The translations under genes and the position numbers were made by a program. A model generated the notes under the pieces. That model was given only the letters and a program-made list of their open reading frames with translations. It had not been told where the DNA came from and made no database searches. From Basidiobolus meristosporus CBS 931.73 (taxonomy: Eukaryota; Fungi; Basidiobolomycota), in contig MCFE01000161.1 in assembly GCA_002104905.1 (NCBI GenBank), forward strand, positions 85,348-149,347: a DNA stretch of 64,000 nucleotides, read 5' to 3'. Positions 38,605-49,739 of the stretch are shown in pieces (within the stretch, counting starts at the first letter, position 1; every line of letters begins with the position of its first letter).

Positions 38605-39434
38605 ATGGTGAGTTCCACATAGAAGTCCAGCATTAATTCTGTTGGTCCTGGTCTCACTTCCGTCTTTCTCCTCAGGAAGTCAGAAATAAGCTACCACGTT
38701 ACTGTCGTACTTTGTTCGATGCCAAAGAAAGTCTCGGACTGAGGTATTCACTGTAAGAAATGGATACTTGTACCGCTCCGCCCACTGACACTCTATTTCC
38801 TAGCTTCGAGGATATTGGTAGGAAGATAGATCGCAATGAGGTCTGGGTGGCTGCTGTCTTCTACGGACAGGTAACTCCACACACATTGCATATCATACAA
38901 GCCACTCCATTTTAAGTCCAGCTTCATCCATTCTAGGCCAAGCCCACCGAGAAAGATATGAAAAAGTTGGCATCGGTGTTGAGACTCACCGAAGTCCGAC
39001 TCACTGAAGAATCCATGCTGAGCTGGTTCCCAGATCGCGGGGGGTAAATTTCCATCCCAGTTAAACGATTCTAACGTTGCCGAGGTCTAACCTCTCTACA
39101 GTCTGATGTCAATCCCACCAACGGATCCTACCCTGTACAGACTCTACGAAATCCTCCAGGTGTACGGCTATCCCTTGAAATCGGTTATACACGAGAAGGT
39201 AAGAAGTAATGGTGGCCACTAGTGAGCCAGCGACTAATGATTGTTTTCAGTTCGGAGATGGCATCATGAGCGCCATCGATTTCGAAACCAAGGTGGAAAA
39301 GGTAGCCGGATATCAAGTTCAGTTGTTGCAAACATCAATACTAATGTCGTCTCCGGTAGGTCGAAAATCCTGGTGGTGGAGAGCGAGTTAGGATCACTCT
39401 GGATGGCAAATTCTTACCCTATAAAACCTTTTAA
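38605..39434 (+). CDS. CYN1: Cyanate hydratase (cyanase), 7 exons; first coding exon is the ATG only
   Basis: Spliced product: [29 protein letters not shown]...[12 protein letters not shown]...FPDRGG...[39 protein letters not shown]...[13 protein letters not shown]. All six introns are GT-AG. Confidence 0.95.
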
Positions 39435-39568
39435 ATAAATCTGTACCTCTTCCATTGAATTCAATTCGAAGATCGGACTCCACTCGACCTATCCAATTTT
39501 TTTCATTCCCTATAAACATCCCAGTGTCGGCGGAGTTCACGCTGCTTTGATTTCTGCGCCTAAGAATA

Positions 39569-40671
39569 ATGTCCGATCCATACACCGAAGAAGAGCTGGC
39601 CCAGTTGTATGCCGGCCTAGATATCACCGAGGAGGAAAACGTAGACGCTGAGGAGTTCTGGGAAAAGTAAGTCAACCGTATTGGTTTCTGTTCACTTCAG
39701 TTTATCTACCAACCGAAGTCACGTCCTCACATTTTCTCCTGTCGATAGCAAATATGTGGAGATCTTCGGCGATCGGAACCTGGTCGTAAGTCTTCTGCAA
39801 GATGCGGGAGTCCAGCTTCCTGAAGATACCTTGATTCAACCCGAAAGTTGGAAGCAATTCTTTTTAGAGAAGTACTCCCAATTCCAGAAAGCCAAAGAAT
39901 CCGAAGGGACTCAAACCACGACTGGTTTTCGGGAGGTTCAGCAATCACTCAAACAATTTCAACAAGAACAAGACATGGAGCATCTCATCAATGCCTGCCA
40001 GAAAATCTTCTCGATTTTGGGTAAGTTCTGCGTAGAAGTGGTTCTTTTCATGATGCAATAGTTGCTTAAATACCTTGACTATATTTGCAATAGATGTGAA
40101 CCCTGGAAATGCCGGCTGCTATCATCTGCTTGGCTTTATCTGTTACCTTCTGAACTCTCTGCACCAGGCGCTGACACTTCTTCAAATTGGCAAGTCGATC
40201 GATGAGTCCTACGAACCTATCGATGGTGAGTGTGAAATCAGATGTATTTCGTGCCCACAACATGGTGCTAACAGCCGTTATCCAACTGTAGAGCTTGAGC
40301 AAGAGATTCACGGGTTACTCGACGAGATCGAGGGGGACGAAGGGGAACAGCCCTTGCTAGAAGGTAATGAGTTGAGTGAAGCATTGAAATCCGTCCTGGA
40401 AGCCCTCTTCAGCCGATTCGATGTGGACCAAGATGGGGCTTTGAACATGACAGAGTTGAACGAATTCGTGTTCCAGACTAATGGCACCCATCCACCGCCC
40501 CCCTTCTTCCAGCAACTCTGCCACATTTTCGACTCCAACTCGCACGGTCTTACCAAGCAAGGTTTCTTCGAATTCTTCCTTCAGCAGTCCATGGATGATC
40601 CACTGGAAACCAGACAGGATCTAGCCAAGCATGGCTTCGATCCTAAAACTTTTGCCCCTAGCCAGTGCTGA
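39569..40671 (+). CDS. TPR-like plus EF-hand protein, multi-exon
   Basis: EF-hand loop DVDQDGALNMTE; helical segment AGCYHLLGFICYLLNSLHQALTLLQIGKSIDESYEP; C-terminus GLTKQGFFEFFLQQSMDDPLETRQDLAKHGF. ATG at 39569 with first donor at ~39668. Confidence 0.75.
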
Positions 40672-40949
40672 TTGTCCTTCGGACTTTGTGAATAGTACAT
40701 CTCCTGCGAATCCCTTCTCTTCTGCTCTCGTGATATTCCCCCTGCCACAAATCCAATAAATCGGATCGAACACTTTATTTCCATCAAACCTGGGCGATGT
40801 CGAGTAGCTCACACATGTAATGCCTGCTGCCACCGCCTTATGGGATCTAAAGTAGATTCATATGGTCAAACACCTGGGCCATCACTAGCTCCACCACCTA
40901 ACGCTGGATCTATATTCCTGTATTGCACTAAATTTTTGCTCTTTGCTTG

Positions 40950-42450
40950 AGATGATAGCTCATCCCAGCTGACCTGATAGTTATGTGGTACAACACACAA
41001 GTTTTATGACCTTATAATGGCCTTAGAATCCAGAATTCAAGACCTGGCTCTAAGTTTTGTTTATGGAAGGCTCCTGGATGAAGTAATACAAAAATCACAC
41101 CCCAATTGGCAGAGGAAAGTGCTTTAAAATAACCATAAGCATCAAAGAAGATGTTCAGCATTCTACAAGATCATACACAACTACTTTGGCAAATGGAAGA
41201 AAGATCAGTGGAATGCCAACATAATGCCTGCAGAAATCTAGTTTTACAACTTTCAGTATCAGAGGTTCTAGACTCCTTGAGGACAGGAAGACATCCCTAT
41301 GTGCAATAATTTGGTCCTGTGGGTAGATCCAATCCAGATCAGCCATCAGGATCCTGCAAGGAGACAGCTATAACACTGGCAAGTTGGAATTCTTATCCCT
41401 CTCAATGGACTTTTAGTGGGATCTTGATGGTTTTTTGCTGTTGGGACTGCCTAATATGGTGAACAGCTTGACAGTGTTTAACAGCTTCATGCTAGATTTC
41501 TGATGGCTTTATATGCTATAAAAGTTTTGGAGATATTGGATGTGAATGGGCAAATAATGTTGTAAGTTGCACAATTATGCCTAAATATTCATCTGACTTG
41601 GTCACTTGGATTGTTGTCTACAAATCTTAGAAATCCTGCCCAAGTTCCTTGTCAGGATTTGCTTTGAGATTTCTCATGTTCTGGGTGCCTGATGTGTTGG
41701 TGAAAATATTCCAAGTTCTCTAAACAGCACCAAGCTCTGTAAATGTGTTCTTGGTGTTAAAAGTCTTGTAACCACAACTAAATAATCACCTAACTCACTC
41801 AGTTAGATTATTGTCTACAAATTTTGGAGAATTTTGGCCAATATCCTTGTTTGGATTTGCTTGTTGTAACTTCATTAAAATATCAGGTAAATGGAGCAAT
41901 TCAAATCCCAAAGTTGCCCAAATAGCCCCAAAACTCTGCACACATGTTGTTGGGACCTTCCTAAGCCTATAATATGTACTTGTCTTGCCCAGGCCATGTA
42001 GGAGTATCAATATCACTTTCACATTCAATAAATCAATCAGTAAAAACCAGACAATCTTCTGGTTCTCCCAATAGCCTCCAATAGCTCCACACTTGAGACA
42101 TTCCGGAATTGGCTCCAGGTATTTATTTTGCTAAGAGTATGCAAATGTACAAATACTACTCTTGTTTCTAATTAATCATTATGTGAAATTCACATAATCC
42201 ACTATTACTCCCAGCTACTTCCTTGATCTTCAAGGCTCTTATACCAGGTTAAGAGCCCCCAAATATCACTTTAAAATGCTCACTACTACTATAACTGATA
42301 TTTTTTCCTCTGCTGAAAAGCTGGATAGATCTAATTACCAAGTGTTGAAGGTGAAGATCCAGATGATGTCACAGGAAATAGCCTTTTGGGATATTGTCAT
42401 GTGAGAAGAATACTCTCCCAGGGGTGTAGGAAAAGAAGCCCCAAAGAACT
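40950..42450 (-). mobile_element. Highly decayed transposon-derived sequence
   Basis: CpG-depleted. 41310-41345 repeats the ATCCAATCCAGATCAG segment also seen at ~42520-42540 and ~52775-52790, downstream of the CACTA transposase remnants. No long ORF. Confidence 0.5.
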
Positions 42451-44310
42451 AAAGGAAAGTACAGATTACCTTTTACTCCACATATCTAAGCCCTATCAAA
42501 ATTAATTTGGCCTTGCAGGTGGATCCAATCCAGATCAGCTGTGAGGATTCCGCAATGAGGCTGTAACAATGCCAGCAGCTTGGAGTTGCTGACCCTCCTG
42601 ACAATCTCATTGCAAGATTGTGATGTTGTTTTGCTGAACTTACTGTCAAATGTGGTAAAAAACCTGGTGGTGTTTACTGGTCCTTGCATGGGGTTAGCTT
42701 GGCATTCATGTGGTCCTTATGTGGTCCACATTTATTTGAGCAGACCTAAACAGCTATGCAAATGGTTGCCTTATATGGTAATAAAAATGACACCATTTTG
42801 ATGGCCTCTATGCAGACCACTGTTGATATCACCAAGGCAATACAGTGGCCAACAGCCAGTCTGGTATAATACTACTCTACCAGTTTACTAAATGGTATTT
42901 CATTTTTCTACCTCCCCTCTTATGAATAGCCACAAGGTAGGAGAGTAGAGCTAGGCAAGGCAGGACCAGGAAAGGACCAAGGTGTGGATTAACATGGCAA
43001 GGCTGTTTATTCAAGATCTGTGTCTATTGGACTGAGGTGTGCTTGTTAATGCCAAAGGCATAGGTGTCTCCATGTGCACATATGTCCTCAGTATTTTGCA
43101 ACCCTTTCTGGCAGTGCTCAATGTGCCAACTCATCACATCCATGATGGATTTAAAGGTCATATTCTTGATGAGACTGTGCTATGGTATTACCTGCAACTT
43201 GACTTGTCTTCCTATCTCCCCACACATCCACTCCATAAGAAACTCCCAAAAGGTGAAGCAAGGCCCAATATTCTCCACACACCAAGCAAGATTGAGTAGT
43301 AAATGGATACAGTAGTGGTAGAGATCTGTTCATTCAGCTCTATGCTTGTAGTATAGACACTCAAATCCTGTTACAAGCTTCTTGCATAAAAGCTGTAGGT
43401 GTGTAAAGTCAGCATTGGTGATCTGCTTCTGAGTAAATATTTCAACAATGTCAATATATGACTCCCAATGCTTCCAATATACTCTTGGTAGAAATGGCTT
43501 CAGAAGGCCACTTGAATAAATATATATCCAGTTCATCCACTCCTTGCATTTGTGTAGTTGCATATGCATATGAATACTGATTGGAGCCCATCAGAAGTAC
43601 TTAGGGTAGTAGATACTCTGTAATCTCTTGCCAATTCTTTACATTTCTCTGGTATCCTAAAGGGCTAATTTAGGTTGATATGCCCTATGTACTACTTGGT
43701 AATTAGTAAAGGGACATTGTTGAAAAGCAAATGCATTGCTCCCAGTTAAAGCTTTTTCACCAACAAATACCCTCTGTCTTAAGTATCTCTAGTTTACAAT
43801 CAATTCCAAATATGTGCCAGTAGCTTATAGCTTGCCAGCTTTGCTGCAATTGCATGCTGACTTTTGTAAATTCTCTCTCTGGGAAGATGATCTTTTCAGT
43901 GTTGGTGCTAAAATATTAATAAAGCATATGAGTTATGGAATAAATCTCCTGGCTCTGACACATTTTATATCAATACCATCCATTGTGCCCAGGAAAGCTG
44001 GCTCACTTGCTCATGGCTGGGGTATCTGCAATGCAGATAATAATATGTGCTTCAATATAACAGCTACTACATAGTATCCTGCTGGAAAGCATACAAAACT
44101 CATCCAGCAATGTATACAGGTATCTATCCAGGTTGGATGGTGATTTAGGACTAGCTACCAGTGAGGCTACCATCAGATTTCTGCTCTGATACTGTAAGAT
44201 ATGAGGCAGATTCCAGTTGATGAAAGTTGGTGGCCAGATAGATTTGCTGGTAGAGTACTTGTTTAATGAGAATCCATCAATTCCCAAGGCAAAGGTATAG
44301 TTGCCCTATA
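42450..44310 (-). mobile_element. CACTA/CMC (Tnp2, Transposase_21-like) transposase remnant A
   Basis: GIDGFSLNKYSTSKSIWP..INWNLP....NLMVASLV.SP....YL.TLLDEF...IIICIADTPAMSK; K..EWMNW...YSSGLLKPFLP..YWKHW. Multiple stops and frameshifts. Confidence 0.85.
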
Positions 44311-44648
44311 AAAAACTATAGTAATGATCCCATCAAAAGGCCATCACAGATTCCAAGTCCTGTGACTAAGAGGTGCTGATTCCATCAGGGAAATGTGCAA
44401 AGACCATAATAAAATAATTGCACACCAGATATCATAAAACTTGGTCAAATTATTCATTTCAACAATACAAAAGTGGCTTTTGATTGGTTTGCTGCCAATT
44501 TTCTCACTTTCTGATCATGGAAACTCTATCACCTCCTATATTTGTGCACATTGATTGGCTATTGCCTCTTTCTCACACTCCTTACTATCTGACTCAACTG
44601 TTTCTCTTACTTTTCATGCATACAGATTGATATATTTCTGTTGAATCT

Positions 44649-46719
44649 TCAGTTGTACCGCAATTGCCAATTGTATTGACCTATACAAGTCCCTATACCC
44701 AACACTAACACTAAGCCCAACCCCCACTCAAAAAGTAACTCCATTAAAATCCACCACTCAATAAGTATTTCTGTTGTAACACTCTGTTTCCACAACTTTG
44801 GCAGGAACCCTAAGGTATTATGCTGTTGATCATTTACTGGCTCTGATACATCCTGGTCTTCAGCCAGCACTGAAAGGTCTAGCTCCTCAACTGCCAGTCT
44901 TTGCAATAAGTCCTCCCAATATTCAAGTGCATTTGTTTGAGCATTGCTCTTGAAGAAGTGCTGCAACCTCTTGGTGTGCCTATTAATGCTCCAAAATTCC
45001 ACCAAAGGCATTGTGATTACCTTTTGAGTTCTTGACATCTTTACTCTGTCTGTCAGTGGTATATCCACTCTGTTAAGAGCTGCAGCTTTTTTCTTACACT
45101 TCCCTGTCTCTGGCTTGGGTAGACTTTTTCCCCATTACCTTTTCCTTTATCACTGCCAGGTCTTTCACTGCTACTTTGTCTGAGTACTTCCTGCATTGAA
45201 CTGCAATTTCTCCTTGATATATGTGGCTCTGATACATCTGTTTTGGCCCGCTTGTTCCTTGCTGGCACTCTGCAGGCTACCTGATGCTTCTGTCCTGCAT
45301 GCTTCAATCTCTCAGCCCATGCTGTGTGGGCTCCTGAGGTAGCTGCTCATTTTCATAACTGTCAAACCCTTCACTGCTACCTTGACTGAGTGCTTCTTGA
45401 GTAGAACTATCTTTTTCCTTGGTAAATGTTGTGCTGGTGCATTTGTGTATGCCTGCTTTCCCTTATTGGCACTCTTCCAGCTACCTGGTGCCTCTTTGAT
45501 GCTTGTTTGAAGCTTTTGGCCTGGCTTGTAATGGGCACTTGAGAAAGCTGCTGGCTTTTAGCCATTGCACCCTTGTTCTTCTGCCTTTGATAATTTCTGC
45601 TATTCTTGAGTTACTTTCTTAGCATACCAATGCTAGCCCAACATCTGTTTGCTTACTTGAATCAAGGATAATGCTCATGGAGCAAGTCAAGGGCATTCTG
45701 CTTGGCCTTGAGTTCCTGATGGTCCCATGGTATGCCAGCCTTGAAGTGTTGGTGTGCTAGACTTCTAACAGACTATTGAATATTATTTGTTTCACCCATT
45801 GTGTTAGAGAAAATCCATTTTTTGACCTTTTTTTTAGGTCAATGTTGTACAGGATGTGTAACAGCACAGAAGAACTGTAGACATGCATCAGGTACTCAAT
45901 GCCCATGGCACTCCAAATCTAGCTCCTGTGGCTTGTAACATGTCACAAAAATGCATGGCACTATCTTGGTCCACTGGTACTATCTGGCACTATATTTGAT
46001 TATTAGCCCTAAAGTAAGATCAACAGAAAGCACTTATAGTGCCAGATAGTACCAGTGGACCAAGATAGTGCCATGCATTTTTGTGACATATTACAAGCCA
46101 CAGGAGCTAGATTCTGAGTGCCATGGGTATTGAGTATCAGATGCATGTCTTCAATCCTTTTGTGCTCTTACACATCCTGCACAACATTGATCCACAAAAA
46201 AACATCAAAAAACGGATTTTCTCCTGCATCATAGGTGAAACACAGGGGCTACTTTGCATTTGATTGCTCTACACCTTTTGAATGCTCATCCCATTTTTGG
46301 ACTACTTCCTTATTTGTCTGGGCCATTACATCTATCCTATTGGCTACTGCACCTAGTTGCCACATTGATACTTCAGTATGAGCTGACAACATACTTGATA
46401 ATACAAGTGGTGGTGATGTTATGCCAGCCACTTGCAGATCTTCAACTGAAAGTACTACTTTTGCTACATTCTCATCTGCCTCAGTAATATGGTCAGCTTG
46501 CGGCTCTGTAGAGATTCCCAATTGACTACTTCACTGAGAGCCTGAGGAGTCCACATTATTACCTTCAGTGGGCACATTGTCCACAGGGCCTTTGTTGGAT
46601 GTAGCCCTGCTTGTTGCACTGAATGTCAAAGCAAGCAGTTGTCCAACTGTTCTTCTGCTGCTGTCAGTGGTGGAGTTTGGTTGGGAACCATGCAACTTTG
46701 CTTTATTTTTTGGCAGCAT
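44649..46719 (-). mobile_element. Accessory ORF of CACTA-like element B (pseudogenised, interrupted by foldback)
   Basis: Fragments 46531-46719 and 46249-46521 are homologous to the + strand ORF 59332-59739. The coding sequence continues beyond the foldback as basic, low-complexity fragments (45053-45780, 44649-45068). It lies head-to-head with the Tnp2 gene. Confidence 0.6.
45788..46248. repeat. Foldback/MITE-like inverted repeat: ~207-bp arms, 40-bp spacer
   Basis: 45788-45994 is the reverse complement of 46035-46242. The inner ~75 bp are near-identical and the outer part is more diverged. Confidence 0.92.
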
Positions 46720-46849
46720 ATATATGTAAGTGAGTCAAACCAAAGGTGAAATAGTGTTACATATATGTGTGTATGTGGTGCCAAAACTTTATTTAAAATG
46801 CTTACTATGGCAGATCATCATTGAATCTTACATTCATGTAGGTGCAGTG

Positions 46850-47404
46850 ACTCAAATACAAGACTGTCTTATATTCACATAGGTTTTGACAAAAAAAGCT
46901 ATATAATAGTGTTAGGTTACTGAGTGTCAAGCTGTTTGCCTGCTGGACAAGATTACTTGGATATAATACCGTTAGAGAAGAGAAAAAAGACCATGCAGCT
47001 ATTGTAACAAGCCTTTCAGCCATGAAGCATGCAGGCAGCATAGTAAGTATCAAAAGGATCATGGCCAGTGTTTTGCCACCCAGTTCATATGTAACCATTC
47101 ACCAGTCACTACTGTACCAACAATATCTTGCCAGCCACTTGATACCTCTATATCTGGCTGTACTGGTCACCTTGCACAAACTGAGTCAGGATAGTTTGTG
47201 ATGCCTTTAGGCTCACCCCAGCCTTCTGAATATTGCATGCAGAGTGATAGCTCTGAAGGATCAGGCTCACTGATGGATTGTGAGTGTATCTTCCCTAACA
47301 ACAGTACCCTGCACAAGCCTGGCAAAATCCCATTATGAGCCTATCTCCCTTAACAACAGTACCACACCTGAGCCTGGTCAAATCTCAATATGCAATAAGA
47401 TAAT
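46850..47404 (+). mobile_element. CACTA-like element B, transposase 5' part (continues at 50808)
   Basis: Inverted homolog of 58838-59100 (REKRPC..C Cys/His-rich N-terminus). Removing the PHIS insertion and one AAT restores the frame I-C-N-K-I-I-P-F-E across 47404/50811. Confidence 0.75.
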
Positions 47405-48147
47405 AGACTTGTTCCATCGTACCGTGCGAGGGCGCGCGGCGCAATCCGCGGTCGCAAAGAACAATTGGGCGTGATATTATGGCTACCAGAAGACAGGATT
47501 GTTCTTGGACGATTTCGCACTATGCGGGGCGATCTCGCACACTATGGCACAATCTGACACGATGAGGTTGGCACGGATGATTGCGCCAACTCGTAATGTT
47601 TGCATCACGTGCGCGATTGGATACCGCTATAATGGCAGGTAAAATCCGGTATTTGGATATGTTTCTTTAATGTAAATGGAAATAAATGTGTATCACACTA
47701 TAAACTATACTGATACTTACCATTTTGGTTACCCTCACTCCAATTGGACGGTATCTCAGTGGTTAATTGGTCCAAAAGTATCCTGAAGCTGGCATCCCCC
47801 AATTGGCTCATTGACTACTAAAAAAGCTACCTGATTTGCCAACAAATATCCCATTTTGCCCATTGAGCAAGTAAATCCCTGATCCTAGTGATTGGGCAAG
47901 GTGTCATAGCTAGCACGCAAGCGATTGTGTAGGTGCGGAACAGATCCAATTGCTGCACTAGTATTACAGATGACGTATATATATGCAGGGTGTTTATTTA
48001 TAGGGGTTCTGTCTCAAATGTGAGACGACCTTGATATTACTTATATCAAAAATTTGATGATCACTGATTTGCGATGGCTCAATTCGGATCGCAAAAAAAA
48101 AGGGTTGTCGGGATCATTACGAATGTGAGCGATTCAAAGCAATCGCA

Positions 48148-49380
48148 TCATCTTCTCCTGGGTTTTTTTCTCACAGGGATTACTACTGAAGCATTTGGTA
48201 GTGACTCACTTTGCACACCTATACTACTTCCAGGCTGACTATCATCTTGGCTACTTGTGTATTTGTAGTCAGTATTTTGCCTCCTAGTTGATGACTGCGA
48301 TGCTGCAGCTTGGCCGTGCTGAATCGCTCCGACTGAACTAACTGAACCGGCCTGTAGTGCCACGCGCTGACGCGTTCTTTTACTTGCCAAGGGCTCTGGT
48401 GGTTGAGGCACTTCATGTTGGTCATCATCAGTCAGTTCACCAGAAGTAACTCGCTGATGGTCGGGCAAAACGGCACGCACAGGCGCGCCTTGACGCGTTG
48501 AGATGGCCCTTGGCTGAGTTCAATGGGATGCCGCATGTTGACGTGACTTGGTCCGCTCCAATGGACTCGTGTCTAAATGAGCAGTTTGGCGAGTTCTCGT
48601 AGTTTTGCTCTGAAGCGCGCGCGTCGACTCGACGCGGGGCGTTTTGGTAAAGGGTGTTGGCGTGGTCTGGACTGACGTGCGCCGGTGCGCTGTGGTTGCA
48701 AGAGATGGTAGGGAATCCAGCGAGGCGTGCTGGCGCGATCTAGACAATGTTGCCCGTGGTCTGTATTCTTCCTCCTGAAGCTCACCATCTGATTCCTCAA
48801 GGTATTCACTTACCCTCTGTCTGATACTTTGGAGCTGTTGCCTGGATGAGTCCTGTGTATATTGCTCTCGGAAGCCACTTAGCTCTACTAATATATCACA
48901 TAGTACATTAGTCACTTGAGGCAAAAACTCATTCAAAATCTCATTGGTTCCCAAAGTTGAGGCACAAACGGACGCGTCCGGCCCGTACTGTGCAAATTGC
49001 GCGCGAAATTGTTCCCGCGTGGCTTCTTCGTCAAATCCCCTCACTCTCAGCTCATTCTTGATTTCAATACTTGTCTTTTTATATATCTTTTTACATACAT
49101 CGGCTGGCATCTTGATGTAGAACTCATGCCACAGCTTTCTACTCAAATTCTTCCATCTTTGTCAACTCTCTGAGGTATCTAGTTCTGCTAGATTAATCAG
49201 TAGTGCCCAAATATCTGTATGAAGGCTCATCATAGACACTTGAGCCATACTAAAATCATTTGGCGAGAACTCGAACGGATCCAACATCGACTTTTCCGGT
49301 CCAAACCGCGCTTGTGAGCTGGGGGATGGGTTTTGTCTGGGTTGTACTAAAGATGAGTTGAGGCTTGGTATGGGGACCAT
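48148..49380 (-). pseudogene. Partner ORF (ORF2) of PHIS copy 1, about 410 codons, two premature TGA
   Basis: Track ORFs 49162-49380, 48520-49146 and 48148-48480 are in one frame, separated by single TGA codons that are CGG or CAA in copy 2. C-terminal NLS-like RKKPRRR. Confidence 0.85.
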
Positions 49381-49739
49381 AGCAACGGATTTGGATACTT
49401 ATACAGCAGTATATTGGCATCAACCTGGTCTTATATGAAATATATATGAAAACTAATGTGATTGTTGAATTTTCCATATATTATGCATGATGCATCTCGG
49501 ATTGCGTTGACACGGATCAGATCACATTAATTGCAGATTTCCTATTTGATTATAGAACTATGATTAAAGCATCAATAAAAGTACCAAGGCATTGTTTGCG
49601 GATGATTTTTGCGACATAATGATGGGATACATGGCAATTGATGGAGATTTAACCATAATGTGTTAAAAATCAGATAAATAAGGCGGATCGCGCTGAATCG
49701 ATTCAAACCACCTTTATACGATCATCTATCAATTTTAAT

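Noticed and set aside
17711-39434. XDH plus cyanase as a nitrogen-catabolism gene cluster
   Set aside because: They are about 17 kb apart with unrelated housekeeping genes between them.
40926-40930. CACTA pentamer at the CpG boundary as a possible element terminus
   Set aside because: No matching TAGTG end or TSD could be identified, and 5-mers occur by chance.
47405-49380. OMEGA/Fanzor-like system (one-sided motif resembling a TAM, plus a 740-bp conserved non-coding end downstream of ORF2)
   Set aside because: ORF2 shows no RuvC or zinc-ribbon motifs. The motif lies at the same end as the non-coding tract rather than opposite it, and the element has ordinary TIR/TSD DDE hallmarks.
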